From: Squalus acanthias
Lineage: Eukaryota
Reading direction: 5' to 3'
NCBI GenBank assembly: GCA_030390025.1
Contig: CM059427.1
Span: forward strand, 8,184,001 to 8,248,000
DNA: 64,000 nucleotides
The notes under the pieces were generated by a model, which was not told the origin of the DNA, did not search any database, and was given only the letters and a program-made list of their open reading frames with translations. This document shows positions 1-12,200 of the stretch, in pieces. Position numbers and translations under genes: made by a program. Position 1 is the stretch's first letter. Every line of letters begins with the position of its first letter.

Positions 1-397
1 CTGGGGTCCCATTACGGAGAAGCAGTAGGGTGGGAAGGGGGGACGTGCGCAAAGGAAGGAGATCACACTCGAAGGGCAAAAAGTAGGAGGTGTGACAAAA
101 TGTTGGTCATTTTTTTATTAGTGGCCGAGGTTCGTGGTCAAACTTTTGTTTAGTATTTTGGACATTATCTCCAGGTTGTGAGAACCAGTTATGTTAATGA
201 CTGTTTTTTTGTGTTTCTTTCTATTAGTTTGTCATGAGGAAATGACACACACAGAGTTTGTAAAATAAATAAGTTTTTGTATTCAAAATGTGCATGTTTG
301 GTCTTTGCAATCATTGCTGCGTGGGCCAGCTTAGGGGTTGCGGGTTGGTTTCATTCATGTTGTTCTCAATGGCAGAAGCCATTTCCTCAGCAGAGGC

Positions 398-1355
398 CTA
401 GAAGCGGCTTGCTATCAGCCGTTGACGGATGGTCCGTCCAGTTTCTACATTGTGGGCCTCCCTCCCGCCTTGGTGCTGCTGATGATCATCCTCCTCCTCT
501 TCCTCCTCCTCTTCCTCCTCCTCCTCTGGTGGTGCTCCAAGGCCTGGTGGCATTGGCTGGGTCTTGAGGATTGCCAGGTTATGCAGCATGCAGCACACAA
601 CAACGAAGAGGGAGACTCGCTCAGGCGAGTCCTGCAGGGCTCCTCCAGAATGGTCCAGACAGCGGAACCGTTGCTTGAGCACGCCGATTACGTGCTCAAT
701 GATGTTCCTGGTAGCTAGATGGCTCTCATTGTACCGCAGCTCAGCAGGGGTGTTGGTCGTACGGAGCGGTGTCATCAGCCAGGTGCACAGTGGATATCCC
801 TTGTCCCCGAGAAGCCACCCACCTGGGTGATGCGGTGCCTGGAAAAGTTCTGCCACAGTAGTCTGGCGCAGGATGTATGCACCATGGCTGCTGCCAGGAT
901 AGCGGGCATTGACAGCAAGTATCAGCTGTCTGTGGTCACAGACCAACTGCACGTTTTAGGAACGGAACCCCTTTTGGTTGCGGAAATCCTCTGCATTCTC
1001 ATGCAGAGCACGCAAAGCCACATACGTGCAGTCAATGCTGCCCTGCACCATGGGGAAGCCCGCTATCCTCGCAAAGCCCATAGCGTGTTCATGCTGCTTG
1101 GCCGGGGTCATGGGGAAAGAGATGTACTCTCGTATCCTTTTATAGAGGGCATTTGTGACCTGATGGATGCAGCAATGGACCTCGAACTGGGAGATATTGG
1201 TGATGTCCCCAGTAGCTGATTGAAATGAGCCGGTGGCATAAAAGTTGAGAGCCACTGTTATCTTCACTGGCAACAACAGAGACGTCCTGCTCCTCAGTTG
1301 AGCCTGCAGATCTGGCTGTGGCAGCGCTCAGTGACCACCTCCTTGCTGGAGCAGA
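398..1355 (-). pseudogene. Harbinger/PIF (HARBI1-like) DDE transposase, 5'-truncated, in-frame stop at 956-958
   Basis: Same-frame ORFs 956..1276 and 398..952 carry IDCTYV, GDKGYPL and RNIIEHVIGVLKQRFRCL motifs, CCMLHN and an acidic C-terminal run; similarity stops at the minisatellite (~1355). Confidence 0.92.
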
Positions 1356-2089
1356 ATAGGTATATTGGACCAGACTGGAGGAGTACCTGTATATTGGAAC
1401 AGATTGTAGGAATTCCTGTATATTGGAACAGACTGGAGGAGTACCTGTATATTGGAACAGACTGGAGGAGAATCTGTATATTGGAACAGACTGGATGTGT
1501 ACCTGTATATTGGAACAGACTGGAGGTGTACCTATATATTGGAACAGACTGGAGGAATACCTGTATATTGGAACAGACTGGAGGAATACCTGTATATTGG
1601 AACAGACTGGAGGAATACCTGTATATTGGAACAGACTGGAGGAGAATCTGTTTATTGGAACAGACTGGATGTGTACCTGTATATTGGAGCAGACTGGAGG
1701 AGTACCTGTATATTGGAACAGACTGGAGGAGTACTTGTCTTAAGAACAGACTGGAGGAGAATCTGTATGTTGGAAAAGACTCCAGGTGTACCTGTATATT
1801 GGATCAGTCTGGAGGAGTAACTGTATATTGGACCAGACTGGTGGAGTACCTGTATATTGGACCAGACTGGTGGAGTACCTGTATATTGGACCAGACTGGA
1901 GGAGTAACTGTATATTGGACTAGACTGGAGGAGTACCTGTATATTGGAACAGACTGGAGGTGTACCTGTATATTGGAGCATACGAGAGGTGTACCTGTAT
2001 ATTGGAACAGACTGGAGGATACCTGTATATTGGAGCATACGAGAGGTGTACCTGTATATTGGAACAGGCTGGAGGAGAATCTGTATATT
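1356..2089. repeat. 29-bp minisatellite, left block (consensus ACCTGTATATTGGAACAGACTGGAGGAGT)
   Basis: About 25 head-to-tail degenerate units seen directly. Confidence 0.97.
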
Positions 2090-2292
2090 ACATAAGAACA
2101 TAAGAACGTAAGAAATAGGAGCAGGAGTAGGCCAATCGGCCCCTCGAGCCTGCTCCGCCATTCAATAAGATCATGGCTGATCTGATCCTCACCTCAAATC
2201 TAAAGAACACAAGAAGTAGGAGCAGGACCCGGCCACTCAGCCCCTGGGCCCGCTCCGCCACCCATAGGGCCTTGACCGATCCGAACTCAGCC

Positions 2293-5200
2293 TCATGTCC
2301 AATTTCCTGCCCGCTCCCCGTAACCCCTAATTCCCTTTACTTCTAGGAAACTGTCTATTTCTGTTTTAAATTTATTTAATGATGTAGCTTCCACAGCTTC
2401 CTGGGGTAGCAAATTCCACAGACCCACTACCCTCTGAGTGAAGAAGTTTCTCCTCATCTCAGTTTTGAAAGAGCAGCCCCTTATTCTAAGATTATGCCCC
2501 CTAGTTCTAGTTTCACCCATCCTTGGGAACATCCTTACCGCATCCACCCAATCAAGCCCCTTCACAATCTTATATGTTTCAATAAGATCGCCTCTCATTC
2601 TTCTTAACTCCAATGAGTAGAGTCCCAATCTACTCAACCTCTCCTCATATGTCCACCCCCTCATCCCCGGGATTAACCGAGTGAACCTTCTTTGTACTGC
2701 CTCGAGAGCAAGTATGTCTTTTCTTAAGTATGGACACCAAAACTGTATGCAGTATTCCAGGTGCAGTCTCACCAATACCTTATATAACTGCAGCAATACC
2801 TCCCTGTTTTTATAATCTATCCCCCTAGCAATAAAAGCCAACATTCCGTTGGCCTTCTTGATCACCTGCTGCGCCTGCATACTAACTTCTTGATTTTCTT
2901 GCACTAGGACCCCCAGATCCCTTTGTACTGCAGTACTTTCAAGTTTCTCGCCATTAAGATAATAACTTGCTCTCTGATTTTTCCTGCCAAAGTGCATAAC
3001 CTCACATTTTCCAATATTGTATTGCATCTGCCAAATCTCCGCCCACTCACCCAGCCTGTCTATATCCCCTTGTAGGTTTTTTATGTCCTCCTCACTTTCT
3101 ACTTTCCCTCCCATCTTTGTATCATCTGCAAACTTTGATATGTTACACTCGGTCCCCTCCTCCAAATCGTTAATATAGATTGTAAAGAGTTGGGGACCCA
3201 GCACCGACCCCTGCGGAACACCACTGGCTACTGGTTGCCAGTCCGAGAATGAACCATTTATCCCAACTCTCTGCTTCCTGTTAGATAACCAATCCTCCAC
3301 CCATGCCAGAATATTACCCCCAATCCAGTGATTTTTTATCTTGAGCAATAATCTTTTATGTGGTGCCTTGTCGAATGCCTTCTGGAAGTCTAAATACAGT
3401 ACATCCACAGGTTCCCCTTTATCCACCCTGTACATTATGTCCTCAAAGAACTCAAGCAAATTTGTCAGACATGACTTCCCCTTCATAAAGCCATGCTGAC
3501 TTTGTCCTATTAAATTATGTTTATCTAAATGTTCCGTTACTGTCTCCTTAATAATAGACTGCAAAATTTTATCCACCACAGATGTTAGGCTAACTGGTCT
3601 ATAATTTCCAGCCTTCTGCCTACTACCCTTTTTAAATAAGGGTGTTACATTAGCAGTTTTCCAATCTGCTGGGACCTTTGCTGAGTCCAGGAAATTTTGG
3701 AAAATTATTACCAAAGCATCCACAATCCCTACTGCCACTTCCCTCAAGACCCTAGGATGTAAGCCATCAGGTCCAGGGGATTTATCCGCCTTGAGTCCCA
3801 TTATTTTACTGAGTACCAATTCCTTAGTGATTTTAATCGTATTTAGCTCCTCCCCCCCCCCCCCCCCTAGAGCCCCCTGTTTGTCCAGTGTTGGGATATT
3901 CTTAGTGTCCTCTACCGTAAAGACTGAAACAAAATATTTGTTCAGCATTATTGCCATCTCCATGTTTCCCACCATTAATTTCCCGGTCTCATCCTCTAAG
4001 GGACCTACATTTGCCTTAACCACCCTTTTTCTTTTGCTATAACTATAGAAACTCTTGCTATCTGTTTTTATATTTTTTGCTAATTTATTTTCATAAGCTA
4101 TCTTCCCTTTCTTAATCAATCCTTTAGTTACTTTTTGCTGTCTTTTGAAGACTTCCCAATCTTCTATCCTCCCACTAAGTTTGGCTACCTTATATGTCCT
4201 TGTTTTTAGTCGGATACTATCCTTAATTTCTTTACTTAGCCACGGATGGCTGTCATTGCTTTTACACCCTTTTTTCCTCAGTGGAATATATTTTTTTTGA
4301 AAGTTGTAAAATAACTCCTTAAATAAACACCACTGCTCATGTACCGTCTTACCCTTTAATCTATTTTCCCAGTCCACTTTAATCAATTCCGCTCTCATAC
4401 CATCATAGTCTCCTTTATTCAAGCTCAATACGCTTGTTTGAGAACCAACCTTCTCACCCTCTAATTGGATATGGAATTCAACCATGTTATGGTCACTCAT
4501 TCCAAGGGGATCCTTAACTAGGACATTATTAATTAATCCTGACTCATTACACAGGACCAGGTCCAAGGTTGCTTGCCCCCTTGTAGGATCAGTTACATAC
4601 TGCTCAAGAAATCCATCCCTAATACACTCAATAAACTCTTCCTCAAGGCTGCCCTGCCCAATTTGATTTGTCCAGTTAATATGATAGTTAAAATCCCCCA
4701 TAATTATAGCTGTTCCCTTATTACATGCCCCAACTATTTCCTGATTAATACTTCTTCCAGCAGAGTTGCAACTATTAGGAGGCCTATATACTACTCCCAC
4801 TAGTGTTTTTTTCCCCTTATTATTCCTTATCTCCACCCAAACTGTTTCATTATCCTGATCCTTTGACCCAATATCATTTCTCTGTATTACAGTGATTCCA
4901 TCCTTTATTAACATAGCCACCCCACCTCCCCTTCCTTCCTGCCTGTCCTTCCTGATTGTTAAATACCCTGGCATATTTAATTCCCAGTCGATGTCACCCT
5001 GCAGCCATGTTTCTGTAATCGCCACAAGATCATACCCATACGTAGTTATTTGTGCCGTTAACTTGTCCATTTTGTTACGAATGCTACGTGCATTCAGATA
5101 AAGAACTTTCAAATATGTTTTGTGACACTTAGTTCCTGCTTTTTCCTTTTTTAACACTTTACCTTTTACTCCATACCTTCTGTCCCTTTCTGACACGCTT

Positions 5201-5409
5201 TCCTCTGTCTCCCTGCTCAGGTGCCCAACCCCCTGCCACTTTAGTTTAAACTCTCCCCAACAGCACCAGCAAACACTCCCCCTCGGACAGCGGTCCCGGC
5301 CTTGCCTAGGTGCAGACCGTCCAGTTTGTACTGGTCCCACCTCCCCCAGAACCGGTTCCAATGTCCCAGGAATTTGAATCCCTCCCCCTTGCACCATTCC
5401 TCTAGCCAC
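2293..5409 (-). CDS. CR1 ORF2: APE endonuclease + reverse transcriptase (open frame; true start probably downstream of the ORF-finder start)
   Basis: LYLNARSIRNK, ITETWL, MGDFN, SDHN endonuclease motifs; NYRPVSLTS, LDFQKAFD, GVPQGSVLGP, FADD RT motifs. Confidence 0.95.
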   Translation of the reverse strand: MARGMVQGGGIQIPGTLEPVLGEVGPVQTGRSAPRQGRDRCPRGSVCWCCWGEFKLKWQGVGHLSRETEESVSERDRRYGVKGKVLKKEKAGTKCHKTYLKVLYLNARSIRNKMDKLTAQITTYGYDLVAITETWLQGDIDWELNMPGYLTIRKDRQEGRGGGVAMLIKDGITVIQRNDIGSKDQDNETVWVEIRNNKGKKTLVGVVYRPPNSCNSAGRSINQEIVGACNKGTAIIMGDFNYHINWTNQIGQGSLEEEFIECIRDGFLEQYVTDPTRGQATLDLVLCNESGLINNVLVKDPLGMSDHNMVEFHIQLEGEKVGSQTSVLSLNKGDYDGMRAELIKVDWENRLKGKTVHEQWCLFKELFYNFQKKYIPLRKKGCKSNDSHPWLSKEIKDSIRLKTRTYKVAKLSGRIEDWEVFKRQQKVTKGLIKKGKIAYENKLAKNIKTDSKSFYSYSKRKRVVKANVGPLEDETGKLMVGNMEMAIMLNKYFVSVFTVEDTKNIPTLDKQGALGGGGGEELNTIKITKELVLSKIMGLKADKSPGPDGLHPRVLREVAVGIVDALVIIFQNFLDSAKVPADWKTANVTPLFKKGSRQKAGNYRPVSLTSVVDKILQSIIKETVTEHLDKHNLIGQSQHGFMKGKSCLTNLLEFFEDIMYRVDKGEPVDVLYLDFQKAFDKAPHKRLLLKIKNHWIGGNILAWVEDWLSNRKQRVGINGSFSDWQPVASGVPQGSVLGPQLFTIYINDLEEGTECNISKFADDTKMGGKVESEEDIKNLQGDIDRLGEWAEIWQMQYNIGKCEVMHFGRKNQRASYYLNGEKLESTAVQRDLGVLVQENQEVSMQAQQVIKKANGMLAFIARGIDYKNREVLLQLYKVLVRLHLEYCIQFWCPYLRKDILALEAVQRRFTRLIPGMRGWTYEERLSRLGLYSLELRRMRGDLIETYKIVKGLDWVDAVRMFPRMGETRTRGHNLRIRGCSFKTEMRRNFFTQRVVGLWNLLPQEAVEATSLNKFKTEIDSFLEVKGIRGYGERAGNWT

Positions 5410-6191
5410 GTATTCATTTGAAATATCCTCCTATTTCTACTCTGACTAGCACATGGCACTGGTAGCAATCCTGAGATTACTACCTTTGAGGTCCTATTTT
5501 TTAATTTACCTCCTAACTCCCTATATTCTGCTTTTAGGACCTCATCCCCTTTTTTACCTATATCGTTGGTGCCTATGTGCACCACGACAGCTGGCTGTTC
5601 ACCCTCCCCATCCAAAATGTTCTGTAGCCGCTCTGATACGTCCTTGACCCTTGCACCAGGGAGGCAACACACCATCCTGGAGTCTCGGTTGCGGCCGCAG
5701 AAACGCCAATCTATTCCCCTTACAATTGAGTCCCCTATCACTATAGCTATTCCACTCTTTTTCCTCCTAGCCTGTGCAGCAGAACCACCCATGGTGCCAG
5801 GAAGTTGGCTGCTGCTGCCTTCCCCTGATCAGTCATCCCCCCCAACAGTATTCAAAGTGGTATATCTGTTTGAGAGGGGGATGTCCACAGGGGACCCCTG
5901 CACTACCTGCCTGCACCTCTTACTCTGTCTGGTGGTCACCCATTTACTTCCTGCCTGTGCACCCTTTGCATGCGGTGTGACCAACTCTCTAAACGTGCTA
6001 TCCACGAGGTTCTCAGCATCGCGAATGCTCCAATATGCATCCATCCGCAGCTCCAGCGCCACAATGCGGTCTGTCAGTAGCTGCAGCTGGATACACTTCC
6101 CGCACACATGGATGTCAGGGACACCGGAATGGTCCCTGATTTCCCACATCGAGCAGGAGGAGCATAACATGGGGCTGGTCTGTCCTGTCAT
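5241..6191 (-). pseudogene. CR1 ORF1: zinc finger/leucine zipper + SGNH esterase, one in-frame TGA at 5829-5831
   Basis: CxxC...CxxC N-terminus (5829..6191) in frame with GDSIVR...HIGTND...DGLHL esterase (5241..5792). Confidence 0.9.
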
Positions 6192-6492
6192 GACTTACCC
6201 TTTAATTAATTGAACTTAAATTAAATCAAATCAATACCACCAATTACACTCAATTAAATGATATACTCAAGGTCCCTTGTTTACTAGCACTAGAAACTAT
6301 ATCCACAAAATTAAGACCTTCTAAACTTTATAAATTATGAAACTTAACTGTCAAACTATGGAGTAGTATAAATACTTAGCTAGCCATACTCACCCAATCA
6401 GCTGCTCCCTCCTGCCCGCGTCACGTTTTGAATCGTGACGTGGCTCTGGAACGCCGCCGCCGGTCTGAGATTGGTATGCCTGTGAAAAAAAA

Positions 6493-6655
6493 GCCCGCGA
6501 AAGTGAGTTCAAATACTCACCGGACCTCCGGTCTCGTCGCTCCCGACACCAGCCTGTGAATGAAAAGCCCGCGAAAGTGAGTTCAAATACTCACTGGACC
6601 TCCGGTCTCGTCGCTCCCGACACCAGCCTGTAAATGAAAAGCCCGCGAAAGTGAG
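6493..6655. repeat. 74-bp tandem repeat (2 units + partial) at the CR1 5' end
   Basis: gcccgcgaaagtgag recurs at 6493, 6567 and 6641. Confidence 0.9.
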
Positions 6656-6657
6656 AG

Positions 6658-7487
6658 CAGGCTGGAGGAGAACCTGTATATTGGAACAGACTGGAGGAGA
6701 ATCTGTATATTGGTACAGACTGGAGGAGTACCCATATATTGGAACAGACAGGAGGAGTACCTGTATAATGGAGCAGACTGGAGGAGTACCTGTATATTGG
6801 AACAGACTGGAGGTGTACCTGTATATTGGAACAGACAGGGGCAGTACCTGTATATTGGAACAGACTGGAGGTGAATCTGTCTATTGGAACAGACTGGAGG
6901 TGAATCTGTATATTGCAACAGACTGGAGGAGTACCTGTATATTGGAACAGACTGGAGGTGAATCTGTATATTGGAACAGGCTAGAGGTGAATCTGTATAT
7001 TGGAACAGGCTAGAGGTGTACCTGTATATTGGAACAGACTGGAGGAGTACCTGTATATTGGAACAGACTGGAGGTGTACCTGTATATTGGAACAGACTGG
7101 AGGTGTACCTGTATATTGGAACAGACTGGAGGAGAATCAATATATTGGAACAGGCTAGAGGTGAATCTGTATATTGGAACAGGCTAGAGGAGTACCTGTA
7201 TATTGGAACAGACTGGAGGAGAATCTGTATATTGGAACAGACTGGAGGAGTATCTGTATATTGGAACAGACTGGAGGAGTACCTGTATATTGGAACAGAC
7301 TGGAGGTGTACCTGTATATTGGAACAGACTGGAGGAGTCCCTGTATATTGGAACAGACTGGAGGAGTCCCTGTATATTGGAACAGACTGGAGGAGTCCCT
7401 GTATATTGGAACAGACTGGAGGAGAATCGGTATATTGTAGCAGACTGGAGGAGTACCTGTATATTCGAGCACACTGGAGGAGTACCT
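6658..7487. repeat. 29-bp minisatellite, right block (copied at 9936-10765 and 13214-14043)
   Basis: Same unit as 1356-2089. Confidence 0.97.
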
Positions 7488-7500
7488 AGCTGTATGTGTC

Positions 7501-7928
7501 AGTCATGATTCAGTGTTAGCACTCTTGCCTCTGATTCAGACGATCGTGCGTTCAAACCCCACTCCAGGGTCTCGGCTAACACTTATTTGAGGTAGTGCCG
7601 CACTGTCGAATATGGAATTTTTTGGAGGAGACGTTAAACCAAGGTTCCGTCCGCCCTGCAAGTAAAGGATCCCATGGCAGTAGTTGAAGAATTGCAGGGG
7701 AGATCTCCCAATGTCTTGTCCAATGTTTATCTCTCAACCAACATCAATAAAACAGTTTAATTGATCATTCATCTTATTGCTGCCTGTGGGATCTTGCTGT
7801 GCACAAATTAGCTGCGACGTTTCCCTATATTACAACAGTAACCACAAAAGTAATTTAATTTGCTGTGAAGCGTTTTGCTACTTCCTGATGCAATGAAAGG
7901 CGCTATATAAATGGAAGTTTCTTTTTTT
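7501..7928 (+). mobile_element. tRNA-head DeuSINE (SacSINE1/AmnSINE1-like); copies at 10779-11206 and 14057-14484
   Basis: A/B-box-like head, gagacgttaaacc...gatcccatggca Deu-domain-like core, tail gaaaggcgctatataaat; family name is from recall, not a search. Confidence 0.75.
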
Positions 7929-8963
7929 ACAATAACAATTGGGAACAGTCAACTTTATTTCCCCTCAAGGCCCTGCATGTAGCAAGGATATCAGTGCAGT
8001 TGTCTTCTTGTTATCACCATCTGCTGCTCCACTGTTTCAACAAGTATTCCTGCTTCCTTGTATGTGTGTGTGTGTGCTGTATTAAGTTATGCAAGTTTTA
8101 CAGGCATCTGATCATAATTTAGACACATTGTCGATGGTTCTCGATTGCTCGCACAGCTTGCCATACAGATTAACTTGTATATTGTTCGCAAGATCTTAGG
8201 ATATAGAGAAATTGAAGCACACTTGCAAGCTACCACTTTCCATGAATATGGATAGACGCTAAATATAATTTGTTTCTGCACATCTATACAGTGAAACTGC
8301 CTCAGAAAATGAGGCAGCCAAACCCACACTGATATGGTTCAAAATGCAGTTATTTTCCATGAGGGGAGAGTTACTGCCCTGGAGGGATAGGCTTCGATGG
8401 ACTAAATGGCCCCTTCACAATCCAGACTTTGTTTTAAATGTAATCAATGATTGTGCACTGTCTCCTACAGTCAAGCTTTCTATCACTTAACCACGACAAC
8501 TTAATTCATTTAATCTTCTCTCCTCCACTTTTCAACCATGGTGCTGTGCTGCACCATGGGCCTTGGCCCTTTAGCTGGGTGTCTCAATAAAATGGAAAAG
8601 TGATCGAGCGCCTATGGTGAAAGTGACTGCAGAGAGGCATATGCTCTATCAAAGTGAGTAGTTCCACTCTACTTGCTGTAGCGCAAAGATTTCCCTGGTG
8701 AAAAACATGGCAGTTTCTTTCCAAGGTGTCACAGCCTCTAAGGCCTAACATAATCACAGGCTGCTCTGTTTTAGTGTACATTAGTTCAGGTGCAACAGGA
8801 CCCAAAGTCATATTTCTGATGTTTTATGGAGATTTTTTAAATTTCTCCTCACTGAGACCTGCCATGCAATGCAATTCTGTATCTTTGAATGCATTTTATG
8901 ACAACAAAATGATTTGCATTAAAAATTGAATAAATTACACAATCGCATTTTCTTAAACATGCT

Positions 8964-9246
8964 GGCCCGGAATTTCCTGTGAATTTGCACCCAAAGACAT
9001 GCGCACAGGCTTCAAACTTTCATGCTCATGCATCAAGCGGGACTTAAAGAAGAAATATGGCATCAGTTCCGCACTTCCCTTGAACCCCGATTGTTTACGG
9101 TGATTCCCACTTGTACTCCGCTGGTTTCACATTCCGACATATGCAAATGAGATTCCCAGGAAATTTGGGCGTACCTCACCGACAGGAAGATCGCCGTAAC
9201 TTTCAGCCTAATTTGCCGGTTGCACTGTTTCAGGAAATTCTGGATC
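8964..9246. mobile_element. Old Harbinger-type MITE (copies at 12242-12524 and 15520-15802)
   Basis: Imperfect TIRs ggcccggaatttcctg / caggaaattctggatc. Confidence 0.6.
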
Positions 9247-12200
9247 GCTACTTCTTTGCTGTGATTGGAGTATCTTGTTCTTTCTTCATGCACCCTTTAT
9301 TTCTCCAATACTACTAAAATGTTTGTTGATCTTTCAGTATTCAGTTCTAAAGAAGGGCTCTACCATAAACATTCACTTGTCTTTTCTGTCTACAGATGCT
9401 GACTTACCGTCTTGTGTACTTCTAGCATTTGCAGTTTTCTTTTCCATTTTATTTGTATTGTTTTTCTTTTGTTTAAAGACAGAAACAGATTTAAAAAAGA
9501 ACATTGGGAAGAAGAGGCAGTAGAAGCAGCCTGTAAATAAAGAGGCCCATCAACATCAATAAGATTAAAAGTGTCAGCACCAATCCTGTTAGTCGGCCCT
9601 TCAGATCACTTGGTGGAGCTATGAATGGTAGCATCCCTGAGCTGCGTGGAGGATGGTAGCTGACTGCAGACCCAATCAGCTGCTCCCTCCTGCCCGCGTC
9701 ACGTTTTGAATCGTGACGTGGCTCTGGAACGCCGCCGCCGGTCTGAGATTGGTATGCCTGTGAAAAAAAAGCCCGCGAAAGTGAGTTCAAATACTCACCG
9801 GACCTCCGGTCTCGTCGCTCCCGACACCAGCCTGTGAATGAAAAGCCCGCGAAAGTGAGTTCAAATACTCACTGGACCTCCGGTCTCGTCGCTCCCGACA
9901 CCAGCCTGTAAATGAAAAGCCCGCGAAAGTGAGAGCAGGCTGGAGGAGAACCTGTATATTGGAACAGACTGGAGGAGAATCTGTATATTGGTACAGACTG
10001 GAGGAGTACCCATATATTGGAACAGACAGGAGGAGTACCTGTATAATGGAGCAGACTGGAGGAGTACCTGTATATTGGAACAGACTGGAGGTGTACCTGT
10101 ATATTGGAACAGACAGGGGCAGTACCTGTATATTGGAACAGACTGGAGGTGAATCTGTCTATTGGAACAGACTGGAGGTGAATCTGTATATTGCAACAGA
10201 CTGGAGGAGTACCTGTATATTGGAACAGACTGGAGGTGAATCTGTATATTGGAACAGGCTAGAGGTGAATCTGTATATTGGAACAGGCTAGAGGTGTACC
10301 TGTATATTGGAACAGACTGGAGGAGTACCTGTATATTGGAACAGACTGGAGGTGTACCTGTATATTGGAACAGACTGGAGGTGTACCTGTATATTGGAAC
10401 AGACTGGAGGAGAATCAATATATTGGAACAGGCTAGAGGTGAATCTGTATATTGGAACAGGCTAGAGGAGTACCTGTATATTGGAACAGACTGGAGGAGA
10501 ATCTGTATATTGGAACAGACTGGAGGAGTATCTGTATATTGGAACAGACTGGAGGAGTACCTGTATATTGGAACAGACTGGAGGTGTACCTGTATATTGG
10601 AACAGACTGGAGGAGTCCCTGTATATTGGAACAGACTGGAGGAGTCCCTGTATATTGGAACAGACTGGAGGAGTCCCTGTATATTGGAACAGACTGGAGG
10701 AGAATCGGTATATTGTAGCAGACTGGAGGAGTACCTGTATATTCGAGCACACTGGAGGAGTACCTAGCTGTATGTGTCAGTCATGATTCAGTGTTAGCAC
10801 TCTTGCCTCTGATTCAGACGATCGTGCGTTCAAACCCCACTCCAGGGTCTCGGCTAACACTTATTTGAGGTAGTGCCGCACTGTCGAATATGGAATTTTT
10901 TGGAGGAGACGTTAAACCAAGGTTCCGTCCGCCCTGCAAGTAAAGGATCCCATGGCAGTAGTTGAAGAATTGCAGGGGAGATCTCCCAATGTCTTGTCCA
11001 ATGTTTATCTCTCAACCAACATCAATAAAACAGTTTAATTGATCATTCATCTTATTGCTGCCTGTGGGATCTTGCTGTGCACAAATTAGCTGCGACGTTT
11101 CCCTATATTACAACAGTAACCACAAAAGTAATTTAATTTGCTGTGAAGCGTTTTGCTACTTCCTGATGCAATGAAAGGCGCTATATAAATGGAAGTTTCT
11201 TTTTTTACAATAACAATTGGGAACAGTCAACTTTATTTCCCCTCAAGGCCCTGCATGTAGCAAGGATATCAGTGCAGTTGTCTTCTTGTTATCACCATCT
11301 GCTGCTCCACTGTTTCAACAAGTATTCCTGCTTCCTTGTATGTGTGTGTGTGTGCTGTATTAAGTTATGCAAGTTTTACAGGCATCTGATCATAATTTAG
11401 ACACATTGTCGATGGTTCTCGATTGCTCGCACAGCTTGCCATACAGATTAACTTGTATATTGTTCGCAAGATCTTAGGATATAGAGAAATTGAAGCACAC
11501 TTGCAAGCTACCACTTTCCATGAATATGGATAGACGCTAAATATAATTTGTTTCTGCACATCTATACAGTGAAACTGCCTCAGAAAATGAGGCAGCCAAA
11601 CCCACACTGATATGGTTCAAAATGCAGTTATTTTCCATGAGGGGAGAGTTACTGCCCTGGAGGGATAGGCTTCGATGGACTAAATGGCCCCTTCACAATC
11701 CAGACTTTGTTTTAAATGTAATCAATGATTGTGCACTGTCTCCTACAGTCAAGCTTTCTATCACTTAACCACGACAACTTAATTCATTTAATCTTCTCTC
11801 CTCCACTTTTCAACCATGGTGCTGTGCTGCACCATGGGCCTTGGCCCTTTAGCTGGGTGTCTCAATAAAATGGAAAAGTGATCGAGCGCCTATGGTGAAA
11901 GTGACTGCAGAGAGGCATATGCTCTATCAAAGTGAGTAGTTCCACTCTACTTGCTGTAGCGCAAAGATTTCCCTGGTGAAAAACATGGCAGTTTCTTTCC
12001 AAGGTGTCACAGCCTCTAAGGCCTAACATAATCACAGGCTGCTCTGTTTTAGTGTACATTAGTTCAGGTGCAACAGGACCCAAAGTCATATTTCTGATGT
12101 TTTATGGAGATTTTTTAAATTTCTCCTCACTGAGACCTGCCATGCAATGCAATTCTGTATCTTTGAATGCATTTTATGACAACAAAATGATTTGCATTAA

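Larger units (their letters stand above)
2090..6657 (-). mobile_element. Full-length CR1-clade LINE inserted into the minisatellite
   Basis: 3' (TTCTTATG)n tail at 2090-2115, ORF2, ORF1 and a GC-rich 5' UTR; flanked by caggctggaggagaa(t/c)ctgtatatt at 2065-2089 and 6658-6682 (probable 25-bp TSD, using a rare satellite variant). Confidence 0.95.

Noticed and set aside
277-1219. Plus-strand ORFs including poly-Pro and poly-Leu runs
   Set aside because: Antisense shadows of the Harbinger transposase and its GAG-rich tail
1356-2089. 29-bp repeats as a CRISPR array
   Set aside because: Units are head-to-tail with no unique spacers, there are no cas genes, and the context is vertebrate TE DNA
7501-7570. 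tRNA gene
   Set aside because: A/B-box-like head runs straight into a SINE body and no full cloverleaf is evident
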